Shown: piece by piece, positions 28,823-37,620 of the stretch | Position numbering within the stretch: the first letter of the stretch is position 1 | How the letters are laid out: each line of letters opens with the position of its first letter | Assembly (NCBI GenBank): GCA_039208735.1 | Contig: JBCCQY010000035.1 | Coordinates: forward strand, 1-64,000 | DNA length: 64,000 nucleotides | DNA from: Myxococcota bacterium | GTDB taxonomy: Bacteria > Myxococcota_A > UBA796 > GCA-2862545 | Direction of reading: 5' to 3' | Made by a program: the position numbers and the translations under genes | The notes under the pieces: generated by a model | Seen by the model: the letters and a program-made list of their open reading frames with translations, nothing else | Told to the model about the DNA's origin: nothing | Database searches by the model: none

Positions 28823-29743
28823 ATGAGCTTCATGAGACTCACGGCGCCCGAGCTCCCCACCGAGCTGAACATCGCCTTTCCGTTCCCACGCTACTTGGTC
28901 GACCTCGACGATCATCGGATGCATGTGGCCGATACAGGCCCTGCTTCGGAGCCCGGGCCCACGATCGTCTTGTTCCACGGAAATCCGACGTGGAGTTTTT
29001 TGTGGCGAAAGGTCATTCGGCGCCTCACGAATCACCGCGTCATTGCGCCCGATCTGATCGGCTGCGGGCTGTCCGACAAGCCACGGAACGTGAGCTGGCA
29101 CACACCAGAGCGCCACCTTCATGCACTGGTCTCCCTCGTTGATGCCCTCGAACTCGACCGGGTGGTGGTGGTGGGCCAGGATTGGGGAGGACCCATCGGC
29201 ATGGGGGTGGCGGCCCACCTGCAGTCGGAGGGACGGCTCCATGGCGTCGTGATCGGCAATACAGGCGTGCTTTCGCCACGACGTCCCATCCGAACGACCT
29301 CGTTTCATCGCTTCAGCAATCTGCCGGGGATCTCCGACCTCGCGTTTCGAGGATTGGGCTTTCCGCTACCGATCCTTGGTCGCGCCCAAGGAGACCCGGC
29401 ATCGATCGGCCTGCTCGAGCGTCGAGCGTACTGGTTTCCTTTCCGAAAGATCGCCGACCGCGCTGCGCTCCTCGGGCTTCCGAGAATGGTGCCGTCCCAT
29501 GATGCCCACCCAAGCCTGCCTTACCTCGACCGCATCGGCAGCTGGGTGCAGTCCTACGATGGGCCTGCGGCCATCGTGTGGGGCCATCGCGACCCCATCC
29601 TCGGCCGGGGATTCGCTCGGCACGCGAAGACGTGGCCACATGCCGAGGTCACCGAAACGCAGGCCGGACACTTCCTTCAGGAGGAGGTTCCGACCGAGTT
29701 CGCGAACGCCGTCCTATCCATCGCCGCATCTGGCGGCGGTTAG
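28823..29743 (+). CDS. Haloalkane dehalogenase-family alpha/beta hydrolase
   Basis: HGNPTWSFLWR, APDLIGCGLSDKP, nucleophile QDWGG and GHFLQEE motifs. Confidence 0.88.
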   Translation: MSFMRLTAPELPTELNIAFPFPRYLVDLDDHRMHVADTGPASEPGPTIVLFHGNPTWSFLWRKVIRRLTNHRVIAPDLIGCGLSDKPRNVSWHTPERHLHALVSLVDALELDRVVVVGQDWGGPIGMGVAAHLQSEGRLHGVVIGNTGVLSPRRPIRTTSFHRFSNLPGISDLAFRGLGFPLPILGRAQGDPASIGLLERRAYWFPFRKIADRAALLGLPRMVPSHDAHPSLPYLDRIGSWVQSYDGPAAIVWGHRDPILGRGFARHAKTWPHAEVTETQAGHFLQEEVPTEFANAVLSIAASGGG

Positions 29744-29799
29744 GAAGCCCATGAACGCAGGGCTCCATCCTGCAATGCCGCATCATCGGTGAGGACAAC

Positions 29800-30021
29800 A
29801 TGGCAGAAACCGAAAGTCGCAATTGGGATCTCGTCCAGACCCCGACGGGCAAGATCATCGAGCGCGCCAACGCCGAAGTGCTCGAGACCGAAGCTTGGGT
29901 TTGCGAGATCCCCGGTCACTACGGCATCTATATGGAACCGGGCAATTGCCGGATCTGTGGCCGCCCCCGCGTGAAGAAGACCGTGGCGACGGGCTTCAAA
30001 GAAAAGGTGCCCATGGCCTAA
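29800..30021 (+). CDS. Small Cys/His metal-binding protein (heavy-metal-binding-domain-like)
   Basis: RBS GAGGA; WVCEIPGH....EPGNCRICG pattern. Confidence 0.7.
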   Translation: MAETESRNWDLVQTPTGKIIERANAEVLETEAWVCEIPGHYGIYMEPGNCRICGRPRVKKTVATGFKEKVPMA

Positions 30022-30920
30022 TCGTGGTGTTCGGTGGTGGCGGGGCGCGCCATGAGTTGCTGAACCGCCTCGATCGGTTCGAGCCCGCCGTAGATCGCAC
30101 AGAGCGCTTCGGTCAGCGGCATCTCGACCTTGCGAAACGCCGCAAGGCGCCGCAACGCTTTGGCAATGGCCACCGGGCCATGCTCCCGGTCGCCTTGCGT
30201 CAAGGCCACCCCCGCGTCGTAGTTGGGATGTCCCGGTTGGGCCTGCGCGGCCACGAGGTCGCCCACGCCGGCCAATCCGGTGAAGGTCATGGGATTGGCC
30301 CCCATCGCCCGGGCCAGGCGACTCGCTTCTTCCAAGCCACGCGCCAAGACCATCGCATGAACGCCAACCCCGGCTCCTTGGAGCCCCTTGGCTACCCCCG
30401 TGAGCGTCGCAAGCACCGGCACCATTGCGCCAGCGAGCTGCACGCCCACAAGGTCGGGGGAGCCGTACAGGCGATACCGAGGAGAGTGCAGTGCCTGCGT
30501 CGCCAATTCGCGCACTTCGGCGAACTCGCTGGCCACCACGCCTGCACACAGCCCTCCGTTGAGGATCTCGTCGACCGGAGCAGGACCGGCCAGGGCACCC
30601 ACCCGAAGCACGGGGCTGGTCTCGAGGACGACATCGGTAAGCCACTGCGAACTGCGTGGCTCCAGTCCACGACCCGCCACCACCACCCGGTGGCGCGGCC
30701 CTGGTTTTGCGAGTCCAATGGCGTTCCGAACCTCGTCGGCACTCGTTGCCACGATGATGAGTTCGCACGCCGCAGTGACCTGTGGGGGGTCATCGGTGCT
30801 CGGCAAGATGTGGGGCGGCCGCTCCTGACGGTACGCGATGAAGGGCTCGTGGCCCGCCGCCATGACCAGGCGAGCCAGCGCTTGTCCCCAACGTCCTCCT
30901 CCAAGAATCCCGACCTTCAT
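30018..30920 (-). CDS. GpsA-like NAD(P)H-dependent glycerol-3-phosphate dehydrogenase homolog with degenerate catalytic motifs
   Basis: GGGRWGQALA, GRGLE, AGP, DLVGVQLAGA and GLAGVGDL are present, but the usual KN and SRN motifs are absent. ATG 30920 overlaps the plsB stop. Confidence 0.8.
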   Translation of the reverse strand: MKVGILGGGRWGQALARLVMAAGHEPFIAYRQERPPHILPSTDDPPQVTAACELIIVATSADEVRNAIGLAKPGPRHRVVVAGRGLEPRSSQWLTDVVLETSPVLRVGALAGPAPVDEILNGGLCAGVVASEFAEVRELATQALHSPRYRLYGSPDLVGVQLAGAMVPVLATLTGVAKGLQGAGVGVHAMVLARGLEEASRLARAMGANPMTFTGLAGVGDLVAAQAQPGHPNYDAGVALTQGDREHGPVAIAKALRRLAAFRKVEMPLTEALCAIYGGLEPIEAVQQLMARPATTEHHD

Positions 30921-32581
30921 TTCGCCCCTCCCGACGAACCATCTTGGAGCATCGCGAGCGGTGAGCCATGCGGTCGATCGATGAACTCGAGGCGATTGCG
31001 GTAGTACAAACACAGCTTCGGGTCTTGAATGACCACGTCGCTGCCCTCGATCTTCAGCGCCCGGCTGCGGTGGTAGCGACCGAACCGGTCGAGCGCGACC
31101 TCGAGCAACCCCTCCGCCGTCGCCGGCAACGCTTGCCCCCAACGGCCTTCCCGAACCCCATCGTGCACCCGCGAAAGGGTGGTCTCGAGCGCCTGCATGA
31201 CACGCCCACGTGGAAAGCGACGCCGTCCCAAAGGCACCCTCACCAAGCGGAACGGATCGCGTGTGCCGACCTCCTCTTCAAGACAGGTCCACGCCGCGTA
31301 GGCCGCGGCGTGAGTCGCCAGCACATCCGCGTTTTCGACGAACGACTCGACGAGCTTGCCCGCCAGGCGGTCGGTGTAGATACGGTCACGCTGGGGATCC
31401 CACTCGACGTTGCCTTGGGCGTCGCACACGTAGCGCGCACGTTCCTTGGCTTGCTCGCGACGCTCGTTGGGGTCGGAACTCACCGGGTTGCCCAACACGT
31501 CCATCGGTTGGCCGAAGTGCGCCACAATCGCGGAATCCAGGTCGAGGACCCGGCCGAAGAAGGCCGCAAGCCGGCTCGGCTTCGCAAACTCGTCGTCGGT
31601 GATGATGTAGCGCTGCTTTCCGGCGTCCGCGAGATGGTCTTCGATGAGCGTCGCGGCCTCGAGGACCAACGTGTAGCTCAACGTGAGGGGAACCACGTAG
31701 ACGTCCCCATCGGCGCGGCCCGTCTGAAGCATTTCCTGCCATCCCACAATGGCCGTGCCAAGCAGGCCTTTCTTGAGCTTGGCTTCGATCTCTCCCGACC
31801 GACAGCGCGTTCCCCCAGGGAAGAACAGGGAGTGGTGCCGCGTGGTGATCGCTCGGATCGAGTAGTCTTTCAGGACATCCTTGTAGAGCAGGGCCTTCTT
31901 TGTGCGGTCGACGGTATAGGCGCCGAGGCGGTGCATCCACCAGCCCACCATCGCGTTGTCGAACAGGTTGAGACCGGCGCCGTACACGAAGGGCGGCAAA
32001 CCCGCGAGGTACAGCGCAAGACCGATCAAGGGACTGTCGAGGTTCGACACGTGCGTAGGGCAAAGCACCAACGTGGCTTCGCGCGATAGCGTGCGCAGCA
32101 GATCCACATCGCCGCGGACGGCAAGCCGCGCGTGAGGCGAAAGATCCCAGTTGCGCAGGCGGTCCGGTCGACTCGATAGGAGCATCGACAACATGCGCGG
32201 CATCGCGCGCGTGGCGAGCCGGTAGACCCCTGGCGAAAAGCGCCCGTGGATTTCGTCCGCCCAAGTGCTCACGAGGCCTAAGCCTGCCTCGATTTGCCGG
32301 TCACGGTCATTGTGAACCAACGCTTTGGCCAACGCGTCGAGATGATGCCGTTCCGGAGCGTCTTTGGCCTTCCGAAGACGCTTCCGTTCGGCGTACAACG
32401 CGTCTTCGAGGTAGGTCTCGAGGGTTTTGTGGTCGAGGGTCTCCAGGCGACGCCGTGACCGGTTGGTCAGATCCTGGAGGACTTGGGACCGAGGGCGGGG
32501 GTGGAACAACCCCGTCGCCCGCTCCGCAGGCTCGTTGGAGGCCGGTCCGGACAGTTCGGTGTTGGCCAAGGGGCGCCTCAC
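30917..32581 (-). CDS. plsB: PlsB/GPAT-family acyltransferase
   Basis: HxxxxD motif PTHVSNLD, AGLNL, LGAYTVDR, FFPGGTRCRSG and KKGLL. Start uncertain. Confidence 0.8.
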   Translation of the reverse strand: MRRPLANTELSGPASNEPAERATGLFHPRPRSQVLQDLTNRSRRRLETLDHKTLETYLEDALYAERKRLRKAKDAPERHHLDALAKALVHNDRDRQIEAGLGLVSTWADEIHGRFSPGVYRLATRAMPRMLSMLLSSRPDRLRNWDLSPHARLAVRGDVDLLRTLSREATLVLCPTHVSNLDSPLIGLALYLAGLPPFVYGAGLNLFDNAMVGWWMHRLGAYTVDRTKKALLYKDVLKDYSIRAITTRHHSLFFPGGTRCRSGEIEAKLKKGLLGTAIVGWQEMLQTGRADGDVYVVPLTLSYTLVLEAATLIEDHLADAGKQRYIITDDEFAKPSRLAAFFGRVLDLDSAIVAHFGQPMDVLGNPVSSDPNERREQAKERARYVCDAQGNVEWDPQRDRIYTDRLAGKLVESFVENADVLATHAAAYAAWTCLEEEVGTRDPFRLVRVPLGRRRFPRGRVMQALETTLSRVHDGVREGRWGQALPATAEGLLEVALDRFGRYHRSRALKIEGSDVVIQDPKLCLYYRNRLEFIDRPHGSPLAMLQDGSSGGAK

Positions 32582-32678
32582 GATGAAGGCCGCTCCGTAG
32601 CGTGGAACGGCGCGGCCGGGGATCCGGCGAGGTCAATGTCTACGCGAGTCATGACGCGAACGCAACCCGACGTGGGCG

Positions 32679-34199
32679 TCAAGTCGCTCGGCGAGGAGAC
32701 GCCAATGCCAAGACGACACCGTCCTCTTCGGCCTGCACAAGCTGCTCGGCAAACAGCACGTCGCAGTGATCGAGCAAGAGGTGCTCTCCCATGTTGAGTT
32801 GCTCCGCGAGCGAGGTGACCGCGAGTCGCTGACCCGGAGCCTCCCGGATCGTGTCGAGAATGCGCACCGCGTCTCGCGAAAGCTCGGGGATGCCCGTAGG
32901 CGTCAACCCACGTGAACGACGGTAGGCCCGGATGCGACCCAAGAGAGCCGCGGGAGACCCCATGGCTTCACGCCACCAGACTTCGACCTGGGCTTCGTCC
33001 CCCCCCAAAAAGTCGACAAGCTGCTGGGCATCCCGAAGACTCAGCGGTGCGGGGGTGACCTGGATGGCCCCAGCATCGACGAGAGCCGGCACCGGCCTAT
33101 CCGCATGGAGCAAAAGCAACCCTGGCTTTTGCTGGGCCAACATCTCTTGCGCGACCTGGGTCGACACCCGATGACTGGCCCGACCGGCCACGACGGGCGG
33201 CGTCGTGCTTCGCATGACCTCGGACCGCAGGTTTGGGGTCACCCGAATGTAGGGCAACCCTTCCCGACGCGCGTGTTCGGCCGCCTCGGCGATAAGCGTG
33301 CGCCGACCAGAGCCCGGAGCGCCATACACCACGACGACCCTTGGCTCACCGTCGGCCGCCCCCACCACCGCCCGCCGCAGCACCTCACGCTCTTCGAGCA
33401 TGCCGACCAGGGCCACGGCAGGCTCCCCCGATGACCCGCGTTCGAGGGTCTGCCGGATTCGATCGAGATCGCTGGGCCGGCGGGCCGGGTCGCGGGCCAG
33501 GAGCGCGAGCAGCAACTGGTTCAAGGCCGCAGGGAGGTCCGGTCGAAACGCGGAGGGCGGTGCGGGCAGACTGACGAGGGGCAGGTACGTCAGGGCCGCC
33601 GGATCGGGCGCGACAAACGGCGTCCGGCTCGTAAGACAAGTGTAGAGCAGGGCTCCCAATCCATAGAGGTCCGTTGCGGGGGCCGGCGCACGGCCCGAAA
33701 GCAGCTCGGGCGCCGCATAGCCGAGTGTGCCCCGAAATCCGTCGACCGATTCGCCCGCACGGCTCGCGACCCCGAGGTCGATGAGACGAACCCGATCGTC
33801 GTGGTCCACCATGACGTTTGAGGGCTTGAGGTCGCCGTGAACGATACCCAGAGAGTGCAGGTGCTCGAGCGCAGACAACACCTGACTCGCCGCCTGCACC
33901 ACATGGTGAAGCCCTCGATCGCGCGACCACAGATCGATGGTCGTCCCTCGAACACATTCAAGGGCAATCCACGACCCGTCGTTGCTCGACTGAACGAGCC
34001 GCGCGAGGTGGGGATGCCTCGCCTCGGCGAGCACCGAGGCCTCCCGTTTGAGCGACGCCCGCGCCCCGGGCATACGCGCCACCTTCAACGCGACCTCACC
34101 CCCTGGCCCGTTCGCCAGCCACACCTGGGCGTGCGCCCCCATCGCAAGCAGCTGCTGCGGCGTGTAGGGTCCGATCTTGTTGGGCACCGCGTCGGTCAT
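32679..34199 (-). CDS. Ser/Thr protein kinase with a C-terminal degenerate P-loop region and probable HTH
   Basis: VALK, HGDLKPSN, IDLG, GTLGYAAPE and DLYGLG; later LVGMLEERE..GAPGSGRR. Confidence 0.85.
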   Translation of the reverse strand: MTDAVPNKIGPYTPQQLLAMGAHAQVWLANGPGGEVALKVARMPGARASLKREASVLAEARHPHLARLVQSSNDGSWIALECVRGTTIDLWSRDRGLHHVVQAASQVLSALEHLHSLGIVHGDLKPSNVMVDHDDRVRLIDLGVASRAGESVDGFRGTLGYAAPELLSGRAPAPATDLYGLGALLYTCLTSRTPFVAPDPAALTYLPLVSLPAPPSAFRPDLPAALNQLLLALLARDPARRPSDLDRIRQTLERGSSGEPAVALVGMLEEREVLRRAVVGAADGEPRVVVVYGAPGSGRRTLIAEAAEHARREGLPYIRVTPNLRSEVMRSTTPPVVAGRASHRVSTQVAQEMLAQQKPGLLLLHADRPVPALVDAGAIQVTPAPLSLRDAQQLVDFLGGDEAQVEVWWREAMGSPAALLGRIRAYRRSRGLTPTGIPELSRDAVRILDTIREAPGQRLAVTSLAEQLNMGEHLLLDHCDVLFAEQLVQAEEDGVVLALASPRRAT

Positions 34200-34256
34200 C
34201 GCTCCCCGCGGATGAAGATAGCCTCGTGTCGCGACATAAGCGGTCGTTCACCGGAG

Positions 34257-34730
34257 ATGATCGTGTCCGAGGTCTTTCACATCGTGCTTTACCAACCCGA
34301 GATTCCACCCAACACCGGCAATGTCGGTCGTCTGTGTGTAGGCGTTGGAGCCTCCCTGCACCTCGTGCCCCCGCTCGGCTTCTCGACCGACGAGAAGGCG
34401 GTCCGCCGCGCGGGGCTAGACTACTGGCGCCATGTGGCCCTGACCGAGCATGCCTCCACCGCTGCGTTCTGGGACTGGGCCTATGGCCGGCGCGTCCACC
34501 TGTTCAGCGCCAAGGCGACGGCGTCGGTCTACGACGGCCGCTTCGAGGCCGGCGACGTCTTTGTGTTTGGCTGTGAGACCAAGGGCTTGCCCGCCGACGT
34601 GCTGTCCCGCGGTGAGGCGTACCGACTACCGATGAAACCTGGCCCTATCCGCTCGTTAAACCTTGGTAATGCGGTCTCGATCGTCACCTACGAGGCCCTT
34701 CGGCAGATCGGCCCGGCATGGTTCGCGTAG
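34257..34730 (+). CDS. trmL: tRNA (cytidine/uridine-34 2'-O)-methyltransferase
   Basis: IVLYQPEIPPNTGN, PLGF, RRAGLDYW, FGCETKGLP and RSLNLGN motifs. Confidence 0.93.
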   Translation: MIVSEVFHIVLYQPEIPPNTGNVGRLCVGVGASLHLVPPLGFSTDEKAVRRAGLDYWRHVALTEHASTAAFWDWAYGRRVHLFSAKATASVYDGRFEAGDVFVFGCETKGLPADVLSRGEAYRLPMKPGPIRSLNLGNAVSIVTYEALRQIGPAWFA

Positions 34731-35821
34731 GGACCTGGGCCAGTGCCTGCATCGTGGTTGGCCTGGGAGCGCCCTTGCTCGGCTCAGGGTTCCTCAATGG
34801 CGACATCGCGGCCTATTGCGCCCAAGGCTGGACGGCGGATTTGGCAGACCGAACCGTCCACCTTGGTTACACCGCGCTGGCCACGCTCCTTGCCCCGCTG
34901 GCGGGTCACACCCTCCCCATCTGGCTCGATCTCGTGAACCTGGTCGCCGCCGTGGTGCTGATCACGGCTGCGACAAGGCTCCACCAGGGAGATCGACGCA
35001 CGTTGGGTCTCGCGGCGGCTGCGGTGGTGTTGCCCTGGGCGCCGTTCGCCGAAGTGGATGTGCCTTGGATGGCCCTCGTCATGGCTTCGGCCGCAGGCGT
35101 TCCGGGGTGTGCCGCCCTGGCCGTGGCGGTTTCGCCCACCGCGTTGCTTGCCTTGCCTTGGGTGGCTTCCGAACGACGTGCGCTGGCTCCGTTGGCGGAG
35201 GGAGTCATGGCCGTGGGGCTGCTCACGGTAATTTCAGGAGGAAGCTGGTGGACAGGTCCCCGGGGCGTGTTGGAGCCCCGCTCCTTCCTCATTGGCCGCA
35301 ACTTCGGAACCTGGGTGGCGACGATTCCGTGGCTCGTCGTCTTGACCGGGCGGTGGCACCGCGTCGGCCGTCCCCTCCTTTTCGCCCTGCCGTTGCTCTT
35401 CGCCCCGGCCGATGTGCCTGCGGGCGTGCTCGTGGCCATTGCCACAACCACCACGGCCCTCATCGAACCGAGCCTCACGCCCCTCGGACGGGTGGCCCGG
35501 GTTGGTGCCGTGAGCTGGCTGTTGGTGTGGGCGTTCTTCGAAACCCAGACCCGGGCTGAACGGATTCGTACCGAGCAGGCCCAGATCATGGCCGTCCTGC
35601 GGGCCTTTGAACCCGGCGACGGTCTGGTTGCTCCCTTCACCTGGGGCGCACGGGCGGCGGTGCTGGCCACGGGCGACCCGTACGGACTGCCCTGGCATCC
35701 TGAAGGTCGGTTTCTGCGGGACCAAGCCACTCCATGGGCGCTGGTCGACGGGACGATCTGGGTGCTCCCACCGCCGCGCAGGGCTACGGCGACCGAGCCG
35801 CGCCGGAGCCCTCGCCCGTGA
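34718..35821 (+). CDS. Polytopic membrane protein, possible GT-C-fold glycosyltransferase
   Basis: Many TM segments and a first-loop NGD..Y...H motif; overlaps trmL and the next gene. Confidence 0.6.
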   Translation: MVRVGTWASACIVVGLGAPLLGSGFLNGDIAAYCAQGWTADLADRTVHLGYTALATLLAPLAGHTLPIWLDLVNLVAAVVLITAATRLHQGDRRTLGLAAAAVVLPWAPFAEVDVPWMALVMASAAGVPGCAALAVAVSPTALLALPWVASERRALAPLAEGVMAVGLLTVISGGSWWTGPRGVLEPRSFLIGRNFGTWVATIPWLVVLTGRWHRVGRPLLFALPLLFAPADVPAGVLVAIATTTTALIEPSLTPLGRVARVGAVSWLLVWAFFETQTRAERIRTEQAQIMAVLRAFEPGDGLVAPFTWGARAAVLATGDPYGLPWHPEGRFLRDQATPWALVDGTIWVLPPPRRATATEPRRSPRP

Positions 35822-37620
35822 TTTCCGACCCCTCCGCCGAAGTCCCCGCTCGCACCTGGCGCCTCGGTTTAATCGCCGTCGCCTTGGTTGCCGGCGTCTT
35901 GCCGTTCCTGCCCATTGTCTTTTGGCTTCCCTGGGGAGCCGATGCCAGCAAGTGGATCGCCTGGGCCTCCATCGATTCGGGCGGTTGGTGGGAAGGCGTG
36001 ACCAACCGCAAGCACTTCGTGGGCTACCGCCCCGTAGCTGCGTTCAGCTACGTCGTGAACCACTGGACGACCGGCTACGCAGCGTGGGGCTACCGAGGCC
36101 TCGACCTGTTGCTGCATGGCTTGTCGAGCGTGCTGGTGGCCCTCACCGCGCGCCAGTGGATGGCCCCGCGACCGCCGCACCGCCTCGATCGCGCCACCCT
36201 GCTGGGCGTGTTCGTCATGGTGATGGTGGTCTTGGGTCATCCCGCGGCCGAAGAGGTCGTGCCCTATTCCGCACGTCGCAGCTACCTGCTGTCGCTGTGC
36301 TTCGGTCTGGGGAGCGTACTCACCTTCGGCTCCGCCGTGCTCGCGTCGACCCGCATCGGCTGGCTCGGCTTTGGGGCGGCCGCCGCCCTCATGGGGCTGG
36401 CCGTCCTGTCGAACGAATCGGCCTATGTGCTGGTTCCGCTGCTGCCTATGGTGGGACTCCATCTCGCCTGGTCGAGCGACCCCCCAGGCCCCCACATTCG
36501 ACGTGGACTTGTCGGCTACCTGCCCACGTTGGGCGTCACGGCGGTGGCCATCGGGCTTCGCTACACCGTCCTTGGCTCTCTCTCAGGGGGCTACCACCGC
36601 CGGTACTTTGCGTTCGTCAACGCGAGCGGACGCCCGGCCTGGCAAGAGCTTTCCGACTGGCAGCCCCTGCGCATCTTTTACGCCTGTCTGTCGTACCTGC
36701 TTCACCCTCACGGCGTGGGCGGACGTGGCTTTCTCGGCGACACGATCCTTCACCTTCCGATCCTGTTGGTCGGCGTGGCCTTTTTGAGTTGGATGATGGT
36801 TCGCGCGGTCATCCACCGAGAAGACCCCGCCGCTCGCAGCGTCGGGCTGGCGATGGCCTGGCTGGGCGGTTCGATGACCATCATCGTGCTGTCCCAAACC
36901 TGGTTCTGGCGTCAAGCCTACTGGATGCTCCCGCCGTATGGCCTGCTCCTCGGTGTCGCGTTCATCCATGCGGCTCGGGCCTCGAATCGGCGGGTGAGGT
37001 GGTCGTTTGCCGCCCCCGCCCTCCTGTTGGGGCTGCTCGCCATGATCCATGGCCCCGTGCTGCGGTTCGGCATGAACACAAAGGCCCAGCGCGACCGCAG
37101 CTACGGAACGGCGGCAACCCTCGCCCTTCGCGACGCCATCCAGACCCTCGACCAGCCCACCGATGTCTTGCTGGTGGTGCCCCTCAAGGCATCCCGAGCC
37201 CGCCTCGCACGCATTTGGCAAGGCCGCTTCTTTCACGATGCGGGACATCGGTTTCATCTCATGGCCCATCTCGACCGAGGACTCCGAGCCGACACCACCC
37301 GCCCCGCAATTCGCCGTCGCGAGGACGCGTTGGTCCTACGGGGCGGCTACTGGCTCACCGACCGCTACCGCGAGCATGCCGAGACCCGTCCCTCTCCCGC
37401 AGAACCGGGCTCTCGCCCCGTTCAGCGACTGCCGTTGGACGCGATCGCTTCGGAAGAGCGGCCCATTTCAGTGGTCGCCCCTCCGCCGAGCCCCTTCCAG
37501 GTGACGCTGCCGCCAACGGCTCGACCGAACCAAGGGCCTACTCCGGCTCAGGCTCCGCCTTCTTCACCTTCTTCGGCTCCAACGACCATCCCACCGAACC
37601 CGCGCCCATCGCGTAAATGA
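35818..37620 (+). CDS. Polytopic membrane protein, possible GT-C-fold (PMT/TMTC-like) glycosyltransferase
   Basis: GTGA overlap start; loop1 GAD..W...YRP, then LLLH, HP...E.V..SAR and SNES; about 11 TM segments and a soluble C-tail. Confidence 0.65.
   Translation: MISDPSAEVPARTWRLGLIAVALVAGVLPFLPIVFWLPWGADASKWIAWASIDSGGWWEGVTNRKHFVGYRPVAAFSYVVNHWTTGYAAWGYRGLDLLLHGLSSVLVALTARQWMAPRPPHRLDRATLLGVFVMVMVVLGHPAAEEVVPYSARRSYLLSLCFGLGSVLTFGSAVLASTRIGWLGFGAAAALMGLAVLSNESAYVLVPLLPMVGLHLAWSSDPPGPHIRRGLVGYLPTLGVTAVAIGLRYTVLGSLSGGYHRRYFAFVNASGRPAWQELSDWQPLRIFYACLSYLLHPHGVGGRGFLGDTILHLPILLVGVAFLSWMMVRAVIHREDPAARSVGLAMAWLGGSMTIIVLSQTWFWRQAYWMLPPYGLLLGVAFIHAARASNRRVRWSFAAPALLLGLLAMIHGPVLRFGMNTKAQRDRSYGTAATLALRDAIQTLDQPTDVLLVVPLKASRARLARIWQGRFFHDAGHRFHLMAHLDRGLRADTTRPAIRRREDALVLRGGYWLTDRYREHAETRPSPAEPGSRPVQRLPLDAIASEERPISVVAPPPSPFQVTLPPTARPNQGPTPAQAPPSSPSSAPTTIPPNPRPSRK

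Noticed and set aside
35607..37616. 669-aa Arg/Pro-rich + strand ORF
   Set aside because: Alternate frame of the membrane protein gene at 35818-37620; composition is not protein-like.
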